The notes under the pieces: model-generated
The model's database searches: none
What the model saw: only the letters and a program-made list of their open reading frames with translations
Told to the model about the DNA's origin: nothing
Shown here: positions 50,697 to 60,735 of the stretch, in pieces
Layout: every line of letters begins with the position of its first letter
Position numbering within the stretch: position 1 is the stretch's first letter
Position numbers and translations under genes: made by a program
Source of the DNA: Nanobdellota archaeon
GTDB taxonomy: Archaea > Nanobdellota > Nanobdellia > Woesearchaeales > JAHIVG01
DNA: 64,000 nt
Reading direction: 5' to 3'
Assembly (NCBI GenBank): GCA_018816705.1
Contig: JAHIVG010000079.1
Coordinates: 8,064-72,063 of the forward strand

Positions 50697-51916
50697 TCCT
50701 TGACTATTTTTCTTTTTCTCTTCACGGGCTGAGGCAGCGCAAGCTGCGCTCATGGCTTACCATGATAGGCATATTCATAGGGATAGCGGCCGTAGTGTCA
50801 CTGATAGGCCTAGGGGAAGGGCTACGGCTGGCCATAATATCACAGTTCGGCTTCCTCGGCAGCGACGTGCTCAGCGTGCAGGCCAAGGGCCTCGGATATG
50901 CGGGGCCGCCGGGCACGGCTGTCACAAACCCCCTCACGGACGACCTGGCAGCGAAGATACAAAAGATACCTGGGGTGGAGGCGGCCATCAACAGGTACAT
51001 CAGGACAGGCACCATGGAATTCAACGACAAGCAGCAGATAGGCTGGGCCATGTCAGTGTCCTCAGGCGAAAACAGGAAGCTGATGGAGACGATGCTCAAC
51101 CTGAAGGCGGAACAGGGAAGGCTGTTGAAGGACGGTGATGGTAGGAAAGTCCTTCTCGGCAAGGATTTCAATGAGGAAGCCATGTTCGGGAAGCCGATCA
51201 GGGCCGGCGACAGGGTCCTCATAAGCGGCATCAAGTACGAAGTCGTGGGGATACTCGAGAAGAAAGGGAGCTTCCTGATAGATGGAGGGGTATTCATCAA
51301 CGAAGAGCCCCTGCTGCAGGATTTCGGCGACACAGGTGAGGTCAACATCATCGGGGTCAAGGTGAGGGACCCTGACCGCATCGACCAGGTGAAGGAGGAC
51401 ATCGAGAAGCTCCTCCGGCGCGAGCGCAAGGTGAAGGTGGGGGAGGAGGACTTCGAGGTGCAGAGCCCACAGCAGACGCTGGAAGCCCTGAACTCAGCGC
51501 TGTTCGCGGTCCAGCTGTTCGTCTACATAATAGCGGGCATATCTCTGATCGTCGGCGGCATAGGCATATCCAACACGATGTACACCGCCGTGCTCGAGAG
51601 GACGAAGGAGATAGGCATACAGAAAGCGATAGGCGCGAAGAACTCCATGATATTTGCCATATTCGCGATAGAGTCAGGCATGCTCGGCATGGTGGGCGGC
51701 ATAGTGGGCATTGCAATCGGCGCAGGCCTGGCCTACGGAGGGGCCTTCTTCATGAGGAGGGCGCTGGGAGCTGGGATATTCCAAGCAAGCGTCGGGCCAG
51801 GCTTGGTGTTAGGGGCGCTGTTCTTCTCTTTCATCATCGGAATGGTGGCAGGCCTGCTGCCTGCCTACGCGGCATCGAAGATGCAGCCAGTGGATGCGTT
51901 GAGGTTCGCAAAATGA
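50693..51916 (+). CDS. ABC transporter permease, FtsX/MacB family
   Basis: N-terminal TM, large extracytoplasmic domain and 3 C-terminal TMs. Confidence 0.8.
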   Translation: MILDYFSFSLHGLRQRKLRSWLTMIGIFIGIAAVVSLIGLGEGLRLAIISQFGFLGSDVLSVQAKGLGYAGPPGTAVTNPLTDDLAAKIQKIPGVEAAINRYIRTGTMEFNDKQQIGWAMSVSSGENRKLMETMLNLKAEQGRLLKDGDGRKVLLGKDFNEEAMFGKPIRAGDRVLISGIKYEVVGILEKKGSFLIDGGVFINEEPLLQDFGDTGEVNIIGVKVRDPDRIDQVKEDIEKLLRRERKVKVGEEDFEVQSPQQTLEALNSALFAVQLFVYIIAGISLIVGGIGISNTMYTAVLERTKEIGIQKAIGAKNSMIFAIFAIESGMLGMVGGIVGIAIGAGLAYGGAFFMRRALGAGIFQASVGPGLVLGALFFSFIIGMVAGLLPAYAASKMQPVDALRFAK

Positions 51917-53124
51917 AAGGGGCCACAATTACATGGGCGCTGAAGAACATCCTCCACAGGAAGATGAGGAGCTCGCTCACGGTCCTGTCCATACTCATAG
52001 GTGTGATGGCGATTTTCGCCTTAGTGAGCTTCGGCCTGGGCATAAAGAACTACATGGACGTCCTGGCAGAGGACATGGGCATAGACAAGCTCTTCATACA
52101 GGCCAAGGGCGCCGGAGCCCCAGGCACGGACGAGAGTTTCTACCTCTCAGAAGGGGACATCAATTTCGTGCGGAAGATCAAGGGGGTCTCTGATGTAGCA
52201 GCCTTCTATGTGAAGGTGGCCGAGATCACACAGGGGAAAGAGACCAAGTACGCCTTCGCCATGGGATATGACCCGGCAGACACAAAACTGGTGGAAGAGG
52301 CCCTGACGGTGGATATCGAGAAAGGGCGCCAGCTCAAGAAGGGCGACGTGAAGAAGGTGCTGCTGGGCTACAACTACCAGTTCGAGAACAAGTACTTCAA
52401 GAAGGAGATAAGCATCGGCGACAAGATAGAGATAAACGGTGAGAAGTTAGAGGTGATCGGCTTCTACGGCCAGGTCGGCAACGCGCAGGACGACTCCAAC
52501 ATCTACATGACTCTCGAAGGCATGGAGTCCATATTCGACGACATCACGGGCAAGTACGGATGGGGCCTGATCAGGGCGGACAAGAACGAGGATCCCGAGG
52601 CCCTGGCCGACAAGATCCAGGAGAAGCTCAGGAAGTACAAGGGCCAGGAGGAGGGCAAGGAGGACTTCTACGTCCAGACCTTTGCGGACGCCCTCGCCAC
52701 CTTCAGCAACATCATTGGCATACTCAACACAATACTGTATGTGATCGCTCTCATCTCGCTAATAGTGGCTTTCGTCAACATCATGAACGTGATGTACACC
52801 GCCGTGATTGAGAGGACAAAAGAGATAGGCATACTGAAGGCGGTAGGGGCGAAGAACGGGGACATCTTCACCATATTTGTATTCGAATCAGGCTTCCTCG
52901 GCATGCTCGGCGGCGCCGCGGGTATACTGTTCGGCTGGGCCATCGCCAGCTTGGGGGGGCTGATAGCCTCTTCTGCAGGCTACCCCCTTCTCACCCCGAT
53001 ATTCCCCTGGTACCTGATAGCGGGCTGCTTAGCCTTCGCATTCTTCGTTGGCGCCCTCGCAGGGTTCCTGCCCGCGCTGCAGGCGTCGAAGCAGAACGTG
53101 GCTGATGCACTGAGGTATGAATGA
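51913..53124 (+). CDS. ABC transporter permease, FtsX/MacB family (second copy)
   Basis: A paralog of the upstream permease, overlapping it by 4 nt. Confidence 0.8.
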   Translation: MKGATITWALKNILHRKMRSSLTVLSILIGVMAIFALVSFGLGIKNYMDVLAEDMGIDKLFIQAKGAGAPGTDESFYLSEGDINFVRKIKGVSDVAAFYVKVAEITQGKETKYAFAMGYDPADTKLVEEALTVDIEKGRQLKKGDVKKVLLGYNYQFENKYFKKEISIGDKIEINGEKLEVIGFYGQVGNAQDDSNIYMTLEGMESIFDDITGKYGWGLIRADKNEDPEALADKIQEKLRKYKGQEEGKEDFYVQTFADALATFSNIIGILNTILYVIALISLIVAFVNIMNVMYTAVIERTKEIGILKAVGAKNGDIFTIFVFESGFLGMLGGAAGILFGWAIASLGGLIASSAGYPLLTPIFPWYLIAGCLAFAFFVGALAGFLPALQASKQNVADALRYE

Positions 53125-53175
53125 CAATCCTTTAAATGCAAACATATAAAAATATCCAGGGGCAGGATTGAAGGC

Positions 53176-53607
53176 ATGGAGGCAAAAATCGGCATCATAG
53201 GGGTATTGAGCGCAATCATGCTTCTGGTCATCACCGGATCATACGCATACCATCACCTCGAAGGCTGGAGCTACGTGGACTCGGCCTATTTCTCAATCAC
53301 CACAATGACAACCATCGGCTACGGAGACCTCCACCCCACGAACGACAAGTCAAAGATGTTCACCATGGGATACGCCCTGGTGGGGGTGGGCATAATGCTG
53401 TATGCGCTTTCCATACTGGCAAGCCATTATATGAAGAACCATTATGTCGTCCTGGAAAGGAGGCTGTTCGACACGACAAGCATGGTCGGCAGGAGGGTCG
53501 AGAATCTCACATTGAAAGGCCTCAAGAAGATCGGCAGGAAAGAGAAGAAAGAGGAAATCTTCATCCCTATCACAAGGAAGCATTTCATGATGAAAAAGAA
53601 AAAATAA
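53176..53607 (+). CDS. Two-TM potassium channel
   Basis: Selectivity filter TTIGYGD between two TM helices. Confidence 0.8.
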   Translation: MEAKIGIIGVLSAIMLLVITGSYAYHHLEGWSYVDSAYFSITTMTTIGYGDLHPTNDKSKMFTMGYALVGVGIMLYALSILASHYMKNHYVVLERRLFDTTSMVGRRVENLTLKGLKKIGRKEKKEEIFIPITRKHFMMKKKK

Positions 53608-53611
53608 TGCA

Positions 53612-53776
53612 CTATTTTCTTCCGACGCTGCTCAGCATGTAGACACCGAACAGCATAAGGACCACGCTCCACATGTTGATTCTGAAGAACTCCCAATAGC
53701 CGAGGTCTTTCAGAATGTAGAACAGCCCGAATATTAGTACTATGATTCCGAACCAAACCGGAGACTTACAACCCAT
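53612..53776 (-). CDS. Small two-TM membrane protein (54 aa), tentative
   Basis: Minus-strand ATG about 53776; MGCKSPVWFGIIVLIFGLFYIL...MLSSVGRK. Below the ORF-track length cutoff. Confidence 0.25.
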   Translation of the reverse strand: MGCKSPVWFGIIVLIFGLFYILKDLGYWEFFRINMWSVVLMLFGVYMLSSVGRK

Positions 53777-53972
53777 TTTTTCACCCCATTGAATTTATGG
53801 AGCATTGGAGAGTGATAATGTATATAAATCTTTTGTTTTCGGGCGGTTAAGAAAGCCAGGGATTCTCCCAGTATTTTGACTTAACCCCCATCTTTCTGCT
53901 ATTGCGCTGCCCCCACCCTGTAGAAGGTTGCCTTAGTAGAAATTTGTGCAGAGGCAATAGGGCTGAAGCCAA

Positions 53973-54956
53973 TCATGTCCTTTTTTTCATCCTGGCCAGA
54001 TACCTGTCGAGCCGGACCTTGACGTCTTCTTTCAATATGTCTGGTATAAGGTCAAGGGAGATATTGCCAGGGAGCCTTGTCATTGATCCAAGAAATTCTC
54101 TTCCAGCAAGATTCGCCTGCTCTTCTATAGTCTGGGCTTCCTTTCCTCCGAAGAGCCTTATCGCAGGGAACTTGCTGATCGAGTTCGCGCCGGCCATGAA
54201 GAAGAGCGATATGGCATCCACCCTGTCAGCCCATATGCCCGCTTGGATGTCTATCTTAGGGAAGGCGATCCTTGTCCTGGCAATCCACTCAGCCTGATAC
54301 TCAGCCAGAGGAGGTAGTACATGCTCAAATACAGTGCCTTTCTGCGGGTTCAGTCCGTAGATGTGGATCTTCGAGATATCATGCTCCTTGATGAAGCTCT
54401 TCAGGAGCGGGAAATCATCCATGGTCTCGCCGAGGCCGAGGATGATTGTCATGCCCTTCTGCAGCCCCTCTGCCTGGTCGAATATCTTTAGGAATGGCTC
54501 GACCGGTTTGCTGGGGCAGACATCAGCGTGGACCTTCGGGTTGACGGTCTCTATCGAGGCGACGACGCCCTTCGCATAAGGCCTGAGATCTTCAATGAGA
54601 ATCTTCGGCAGCGGCCCCGCGTTTATCCATAGCCTCTCCTGGGCAGCTTCGGAAAGGGCCTTGACAAGCTTGACAAAATCTGTCTGGGTGTAGGCATCCT
54701 TACCGCCTGAGAGGAAACCTATCCTCCAGCCCAGCTTCTTGCAGAGCAGGACTTCGGCGAGCAGCGAAGAGAGCGATCTCCTCGCAGTCGGCTTCGCCTT
54801 GCCCTTCTGCGTGCTCATATAACAGTACTTGCAATCTGCAGTGCCGCAGTACCAGGAGAAGAACAACGCGCGCTCGAACCAGGTCGTAGCTGGGAAATTC
54901 TCAAGGAAGACCTTGTGTGCCTTATCGACGATGCCTGTCATGGAAGCCGGATACAA
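53973..54956 (-). CDS. Fe-S / radical-SAM-like TIM-barrel protein with a non-canonical CX4CX2C motif
   Basis: The cysteine cluster is WYCGTADCKYCYMS. Confidence 0.45.
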   Translation of the reverse strand: MYPASMTGIVDKAHKVFLENFPATTWFERALFFSWYCGTADCKYCYMSTQKGKAKPTARRSLSSLLAEVLLCKKLGWRIGFLSGGKDAYTQTDFVKLVKALSEAAQERLWINAGPLPKILIEDLRPYAKGVVASIETVNPKVHADVCPSKPVEPFLKIFDQAEGLQKGMTIILGLGETMDDFPLLKSFIKEHDISKIHIYGLNPQKGTVFEHVLPPLAEYQAEWIARTRIAFPKIDIQAGIWADRVDAISLFFMAGANSISKFPAIRLFGGKEAQTIEEQANLAGREFLGSMTRLPGNISLDLIPDILKEDVKVRLDRYLARMKKRT

Positions 54957-55014
54957 AGAGCATTATATAAAGATGATGGGAAGATTTATAATGACATAGT
55001 GCGGAAGGACAGCT

Positions 55015-56247
55015 ATGAAAAAAGGGGCGCACCAGGTGGACTGGGCGATGAGCATGTTCATCTTCCTGCTATACCTGATCTGGTTCTTCATCATGGTGCA
55101 GCCTGTCCTCAAGCCGATGAAGGACATAAACACGCTCATGTCCTTGGTCGAGGAGGGCATCGACGAGGAAGTGCTATGGGAGGTGCAGCGGGCCCCGCTC
55201 ATCATACAGACAAACAGCACCGAGGACTACGTGCCCATCCGAGTCAGCACGAAGAACTGGACCCAGGTATCGTTCTGGCCTTCCACATACATAGCCATCG
55301 ACGAGGGCGAGCTCGTATTCATGGGCAACATCTCGCCAGGCAGGACCTACTGGCTGTACAACAGCAACACCTCTTATGCTGTCCCGGATCCGGTGCCATG
55401 GGTGATAGCCGATTCCACATCGGCCACAGCCCCGCCGACAAAGCTCAGAGCCATATTCAACAGCTCACTGGTGTCGAGGCTGGAATACAACGGGACGAAG
55501 CTGCTGTCCTTCAACATATACATCAACGACGTCGAGTTGCCCCGCACGACCACGGAGACGAACTTCACCAAGATATACGCCAAGTACAAGCTGGTCCAGC
55601 AGGGCTTCAACATAAGCAGCTACATCTACCAACAGAGGAGCGAACTCTGGATGAGCTTCCATTACGGGACCCCGATTGAGATGACAATGACAACGGCCTT
55701 ATCAGACTATACCAACTACTACACCAACAACCTGTACGCGGGCAGGCTGAACTACACAAGCCAGACATGCACCAATTATTCTGCAAACACCATAGACATC
55801 TATTCAGAGACCGGCCTGCAGTTCCTCTTCGACAGGTCAGTCAACATGTCGCTGTGCGCCCACAACAGCTCGACGCTGAGGATGAACATAAGCATGTTCA
55901 ACGTCACAGAGATGCGTATAGTGCTGCACGAGGGGGATTACACCCATATGAAAGCGGGGCTGTACAATCACACAGCCATCCTCGGGGCTGCGGAGACCAT
56001 AACCGGCGCCAAATGGAGCAACCTGATCGGCCTGAACAACACAGACCATTGGACCCTGAAGCAGCGCTGGTCAGTCCCCACAGAGAGGGATTTCTCGTTC
56101 TCGGTAAGGAACTCAAGCCACACCTCCGTCGATCATTCCATCGTCACTCCGCCGAAGGTGGACATACACGCAATCACAAAACCATTGCTGATCGTGGACG
56201 AGTACGCAAGGACCAACAGCACGCAGCTGGTCATAAGGGTGTGGTAG
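55015..56247 (+). CDS. Extracellular protein, membrane-anchored and densely N-glycosylation-sequon-rich, with an MKKGA N-terminus
   Basis: N-terminal MKKGA + hydrophobic segment; more than 15 N-x-S/T sequons. Confidence 0.4.
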   Translation: MKKGAHQVDWAMSMFIFLLYLIWFFIMVQPVLKPMKDINTLMSLVEEGIDEEVLWEVQRAPLIIQTNSTEDYVPIRVSTKNWTQVSFWPSTYIAIDEGELVFMGNISPGRTYWLYNSNTSYAVPDPVPWVIADSTSATAPPTKLRAIFNSSLVSRLEYNGTKLLSFNIYINDVELPRTTTETNFTKIYAKYKLVQQGFNISSYIYQQRSELWMSFHYGTPIEMTMTTALSDYTNYYTNNLYAGRLNYTSQTCTNYSANTIDIYSETGLQFLFDRSVNMSLCAHNSSTLRMNISMFNVTEMRIVLHEGDYTHMKAGLYNHTAILGAAETITGAKWSNLIGLNNTDHWTLKQRWSVPTERDFSFSVRNSSHTSVDHSIVTPPKVDIHAITKPLLIVDEYARTNSTQLVIRVW

Positions 56248-56619
56248 ATGAAGAAAGGGTTCATCAGGACACTCGAAGCCTTCATAGCAGGAGGCATAAG
56301 CTTCATGGTGCTGTTCTACATAATCCAGGCCAACACCCCGGCAGAGACAAGGAGGGATATTACACCCATCCTCGGGAACATGTTGCATGACGACGGCTTC
56401 AGGCTGTGCGCAGCCAACGAGAACACGACCTGCATATCTGAGCTCATCTCCCCGCTGATGGGGCCGGCAAGGGACCACATCATCAACATCACTTCCGATG
56501 CATCCCAAGCGCCGGCAGGGCTGCCCGACAAGCGGGTGGATGTGGAGACCCTGTACATATCAGGCAACGGCACGTCCTACGACCCTAAGATAGTCCGGCT
56601 GTACAGCTGGGTGAGATGA
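56248..56619 (+). CDS. Type IV pilin-like protein with a class III signal peptide
   Basis: MKKG|FIRTLEAFIAGGISFMVLFYII: a KG|F cleavage-like site with Glu at about +6, followed by a hydrophobic helix. Confidence 0.45.
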   Translation: MKKGFIRTLEAFIAGGISFMVLFYIIQANTPAETRRDITPILGNMLHDDGFRLCAANENTTCISELISPLMGPARDHIINITSDASQAPAGLPDKRVDVETLYISGNGTSYDPKIVRLYSWVR

Positions 56620-56803
56620 ACCGGTCGCTTATCATTTCTATTATACATGTCCCCTCGTTGACCATCCAGACCCCCACTCTCTAAAACTGGTACTTTGGCC
56701 CCGTTTCGCTTCACCACCACTTCCCCCACCCCCATGTAAGTTGCCTTAGAAATTTAATCCAAACAATATCCTTTTTCGTTCCTTTACAGGTCGCTGCCCT
56801 CAC

Positions 56804-56890
56804 TCTTTTTTCCCCGCCTCGGCACACAGAGTGAGCGAAGCTCACTTGTGCGCAAGACTCCGTCTTAGCGCGCGGGGCGGAGGAAAAAAG
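56804..56890. repeat. Hairpin repeat element, family X, copy B
   Basis: ctcttttttccccgcc...AGTGAGC-gaa-GCTCACTtgtgcgcaagactccgtctt...ggcggaggaaaaaag. It shows compensatory differences from copy A. Confidence 0.6.
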
Positions 56891-56984
56891 ACCCGACATC
56901 AGTTGGGCGCGACCTGGAGGAGGCTATTTCATCAGAGTCCGCTGGAGCAAAAGATATTTAAACACACGAATCTGATGAGGTGGC

Positions 56985-57260
56985 ATGAGGATAGAAGTCG
57001 ACACGAAAAAAGACACGAAAGAGGAGATATCGGAACTCATCGGATTCTTACATAGGCTGAGAGACATGTCGAGCGCGGAGAGATCCACCATCAGCGAAGA
57101 TGACAGCCAGGATGACAGCGAAGGCATCACTGAGATGGCCGGCATGGCCGCAGCCAGGGACCTGTTCGGCAACCAGATAGAGGAAGATGATGAAAAGCCA
57201 CCCGAGGTCAGGTCAGACAAGGACGAGGAAGCACCGGACGTCGAGATAGTACAATATTGA
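56985..57260 (+). CDS. Small acidic hypothetical protein
   Basis: 91 aa, Asp/Glu-rich. Confidence 0.3.
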   Translation: MRIEVDTKKDTKEEISELIGFLHRLRDMSSAERSTISEDDSQDDSEGITEMAGMAAARDLFGNQIEEDDEKPPEVRSDKDEEAPDVEIVQY

Positions 57261-57332
57261 GGTCAATATGGCTGAAGATAACCTTATTTTTTTGCCGCAA
57301 GACTTATAAAGCAACCCCCATCCACTTCTTGC

Positions 57333-57734
57333 ATGAAATTCAAGTTTTTCGACCACACTGCGGACATCAAGTTCCAAGCCTACGGAAGCAGTAAGGAAGA
57401 GGCTTTCAAGAACGCAGCCCTCGCCCTGACAGAGTTTATCATAGAAGAAGATATCAAAGCAGTGCAGGAGAAGACCATAGAAGTGGAAGGGATGGATGAG
57501 AAGCAGCTGCTGTACAGCTGGCTTGAACAGTTCCTCATCCTGCTGGACACGGAAGGTTTCCTGCTCTCAACAATAGAAGAGCTCAAGATAGACGGCAATA
57601 AGCTCAAGGCCAAGGTCAAAGGAGACTCGGCCGAGAACTACAAGCTCACAGGAGACGCGAAGGCAATAACGTATCATGACATGGAGATAACCCATGATGA
57701 CGGATGGATGGTTCAGGTGGTGATTGACATATGA
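57333..57734 (+). CDS. Archease
   Basis: Start MKFKFFDHTADIKFQAYG. It is encoded immediately upstream of rtcB with a 4-nt overlap. Confidence 0.9.
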   Translation: MKFKFFDHTADIKFQAYGSSKEEAFKNAALALTEFIIEEDIKAVQEKTIEVEGMDEKQLLYSWLEQFLILLDTEGFLLSTIEELKIDGNKLKAKVKGDSAENYKLTGDAKAITYHDMEITHDDGWMVQVVIDI

Positions 57735-59143
57735 AAATGATCTCAGAGAATGTATGGGAGATCCCCAGAGAAGGCAAGATGAGAGTCCCAGCACGGATAT
57801 TCGCATCAGACATACTCATGGAGAAGATAAAGGCAGACAAGTCCTTGCTGCAGGTCAAGAATGTTGCGGCACTGCCAGGCATCCAGAAATTCTCATTGGC
57901 CATGCCGGACGCGCACCAAGGATACGGATTCAGCATCGGCGGGGTAGCCGCATTCGACATGGATGAAGGCATAATCTCACCTGGCGGAGTCGGCTACGAC
58001 ATAAACTGCTCTGTACGGCTCTTGAGGACAGACATGATGGAGGATGACATCTCATCCAAGAGGAAACAGCTGCTGGAGGAGCTATCAAAAGAGGTGCCGG
58101 CAGGAGTCGGGCGGAGCTCCAAGATGAGGCTGTCAAGGGAAGAACTGGACGAAGTGCTCTCGACCGGGGCCAAGTGGGCAGTGAAGAAAGGCTATGGAAC
58201 AGTAAAGGACCTGAAGCACATCGAAGAAGGAGGAAGCATGCAAGGCAGACCGGACAAGGTCTCCGACCTTGCCAAGAAACGAGGCATGCCCCAAATAGGC
58301 ACGCTCGGAGCCGGAAACCACTTCCTCGAGATGCAGAAAGTCGACAAGATATTCATGCCAGAGGTAGCAGAGAGGTTCGGTATCACCAAGCCAGGACAGG
58401 TCATGGTCATGATACACTGCGGTTCTAGGGGGTTGGGCCACCAGGTGGCATCAGACTACATCAGGGCCATGGAGAACAAGTTCGGTATCTCCCATCTTCC
58501 TGACAGGGAGCTAATCAACGCCCCGATAAGCTCAGAGCTTGGCCAGGACTACTATCACGCCATGTCTGCTGCAGCGAACTTCGGCTTCGCCAACAAGCAG
58601 ATGATAACCCACTGGGTAAGACAGTGCTTCGACAAGGTCTTCGGCAGCAACGAGAACATGGACACAGTGTATGAGGTCTGCCACAACATCGCCAAGATGG
58701 AACAGCACATGATTGATGGCGAAAAGAAGAAGCTCTGCGTGCACCGCAAGGGAGCCACAAGATCATTCGGCCCGGGAAAGGAAGAGGTGCCCGAAGACTA
58801 TCGGGATCTGGGACAGCCAGTCATAATCCCAGGCAGCATGGGCACTGCATCATATTTATTGGTGGGCACGAAGAAAGCCGAAGAGATATCTTTCGGGTCG
58901 ACTGCACACGGAGCCGGGCGGGTCGCGTCCCGTTCTGAGGCTCTTCGGACAGTAAGGGGCGAGCAGGTCAAGAAAGAGCTCAAACAGAAAGGCATAGAAG
59001 TGTGGGGGCACTCATCCAAAGGCCTGGCAGAGGAAGCACCCCAGTTCTACAAGGACGTGGACGAGGTCGTCCGCGTGTCTGACGCATTAGGCATAGGAAA
59101 GATGGTGGCGAGAGTAGTTCCGTTAGCGGTGTTGAAGGGCTAA
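57731..59143 (+). CDS. rtcB: tRNA-splicing ligase RtcB
   Basis: Metal ligands and the catalytic His region (GAGNHFLE, HCGSRGLGHQV, TAHGAGR). Confidence 0.95.
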   Translation: MKMISENVWEIPREGKMRVPARIFASDILMEKIKADKSLLQVKNVAALPGIQKFSLAMPDAHQGYGFSIGGVAAFDMDEGIISPGGVGYDINCSVRLLRTDMMEDDISSKRKQLLEELSKEVPAGVGRSSKMRLSREELDEVLSTGAKWAVKKGYGTVKDLKHIEEGGSMQGRPDKVSDLAKKRGMPQIGTLGAGNHFLEMQKVDKIFMPEVAERFGITKPGQVMVMIHCGSRGLGHQVASDYIRAMENKFGISHLPDRELINAPISSELGQDYYHAMSAAANFGFANKQMITHWVRQCFDKVFGSNENMDTVYEVCHNIAKMEQHMIDGEKKKLCVHRKGATRSFGPGKEEVPEDYRDLGQPVIIPGSMGTASYLLVGTKKAEEISFGSTAHGAGRVASRSEALRTVRGEQVKKELKQKGIEVWGHSSKGLAEEAPQFYKDVDEVVRVSDALGIGKMVARVVPLAVLKG

Positions 59144-59181
59144 CGAAAATATTATAAACCAATAGCCTTAAAATCATAGTT

Positions 59182-59718
59182 ATGAAGACAAGAACCTCTT
59201 ATCTGTCAATTCTTAAATTATCCTTCGACATTATCAAATTACGTAAGCAGGCAGTAAAAAATTTAATAGCTGATAGCACAGCGACAGGGACTGGTATAGT
59301 AACAATGATTCTGGCCTCAATATTTTCTATCATCGGGGCAGGAAGTATTTATTATAATGGTCCAATATTCGCTGCAGTAATAATCACCCATCTATTAACT
59401 TACTTAATTGGCGTGTCGCTGAACCATGTATTTGCGGGATTGCTTAAAGGGAAAGGTAGATGGATATTCTTATTCCGTGCATATACCAATTGTTCTGTCA
59501 TATATTGGTTTGGGATAATCCCCTATATTGGAAAATATATTGGTTTTATCGCATCTCTCTGGATGATTATTGTCAGCGTATTCCTTATCGAACGGATTTA
59601 CGGATTATCCCGAGGAATGGCTATTTTGGCATTCGTTTTACCAATTATCATTATTTCTATAATTATTATGATGCTCGGCGCATTAGCTTTCATAATAGGA
59701 TTCTCGGGATTATTATAA
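59182..59718 (+). CDS. Multi-pass membrane protein (Yip1-like)
   Basis: 5 TM segments; AT-rich. Confidence 0.4.
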   Translation: MKTRTSYLSILKLSFDIIKLRKQAVKNLIADSTATGTGIVTMILASIFSIIGAGSIYYNGPIFAAVIITHLLTYLIGVSLNHVFAGLLKGKGRWIFLFRAYTNCSVIYWFGIIPYIGKYIGFIASLWMIIVSVFLIERIYGLSRGMAILAFVLPIIIISIIIMMLGALAFIIGFSGLL

Positions 59719-60315
59719 ATTGATTATCTTCCCCTGCTTGCCGACGTTGATGACCCTGGTCTTGCCGATCTTTTCCTCTAATCCTTCAGCCTCATGCACG
59801 TGAGAGCAGAGCAGGATGTCCGGCTTGAAGGTGTCGATGGCCTTCCTTATCCCCTTGCTGCCGGGGATGAATGTCGAGAACTTCTCCATGGTGCTGTCAG
59901 AAGGATGTACATGCGTGACCATGATCTTCTTCTTCACGCCCTTGAGATGCTTGTAGCCATCCTGGAGCACCTTGAAAAGCTCCTCCTCTGACAATTGGAA
60001 CAGGCCGATGTTGGCTCCGCCTGCACCGAAGAAGCCGATGTCCTTGTACCTTATCGAGTAGCCGTGCAGGTTTGTAGCGCCGTAGACCTCTGCGAGGAAA
60101 TCTGTCGTGGCAAAGGTCTCATGGTTGCCGGGTATTATGACCACTTTCTTGCCGAGCTTGACGAAAGGGCCTATTATGCCTTGAGGGTTCTCATCTGATT
60201 CGACGATGTCTCCAGTGAGGATGACCAGGTCTACATTCTCCTTCTTGGCCCTCTCAGCCAGCTTCTTCGCAAGGCCGCGGTCGCCGTGCAGGTCTCCCGA
60301 TGCGAGGATTTTCAT
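59713..60315 (-). CDS. Metallophosphoesterase (YfcE/MJ0936-like)
   Basis: DLHGD, GDIV, GNHE and HVH motifs. Confidence 0.8.
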   Translation of the reverse strand: MKILASGDLHGDRGLAKKLAERAKKENVDLVILTGDIVESDENPQGIIGPFVKLGKKVVIIPGNHETFATTDFLAEVYGATNLHGYSIRYKDIGFFGAGGANIGLFQLSEEELFKVLQDGYKHLKGVKKKIMVTHVHPSDSTMEKFSTFIPGSKGIRKAIDTFKPDILLCSHVHEAEGLEEKIGKTRVINVGKQGKIINL

Positions 60316-60345
60316 TTTATTAAACCCAATTTATATTGAAAGATA

Positions 60346-60436
60346 GGCAGCAACCGAGAATTGAACTCGGTCCTGGAGCTCACTGCAGCAACATGCCGCC
60401 ACAGGCTCCCATGCTAACCATTACACCATTGCCGCC
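60346..60436 (-). tRNA. tRNA-His(GTG) with an anticodon-loop intron and an encoded G-1
   Basis: Minus-strand fold:
- G-1, then acceptor GCGGCAA / TTGCTGC with one G-U pair.
- Anticodon stem GGAGC/GCTCC around loop CTGTGG|A (anticodon GTG), with an ~18-nt insert.
- T arm CCGAG-TTCAATT-CTCGG, and discriminator C.
- A TATA-like ctttataag lies ~30 nt upstream. Confidence 0.6.
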
Positions 60437-60612
60437 ACAAGGGAAAGTATTGGCTTTCTGCTTATAAAGGTTACCAAAACAGAAGTAAGAAAATTGTTAT
60501 AATACTGAAAATCCAGCCACCCATGGCACGGACGGCCTCTTCCTGCGGAAGAGTCCTATTCGGCTTCGGCTACGCCTTGCCTCATCCGGCCTTGGCTGGA
60601 TTTTCGGAACTC

Positions 60613-60716
60613 GGTAACAACATTGGCGCGCGGCGAGGCGGGGGATGCCCATCCGGGGTGCCGAGTAGGACAAATTGGTACAATTTGGCCGTCGCGCTGC
60701 CAGTAATGTTGTTACC
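60613..60716. ncRNA. Candidate structured RNA / conserved hairpin element, family Z, copy 2 (opposite orientation)
   Basis: Closing stem ggtaacaacatt / aatgttgttacc. Inner hairpin caaattg-ta-caatttg. The conserved cctcgccgcgcgcc block is present. Confidence 0.4.
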
Positions 60717-60735
60717 TAACTAAGAAATTATTTAA

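Noticed and set aside
60523-60723. 66-aa plus-strand ORF
   Set aside because: It overlaps the Z2 structured element and the tRNA-His promoter, and has a Gly/Ala/Pro-rich, non-protein-like composition.
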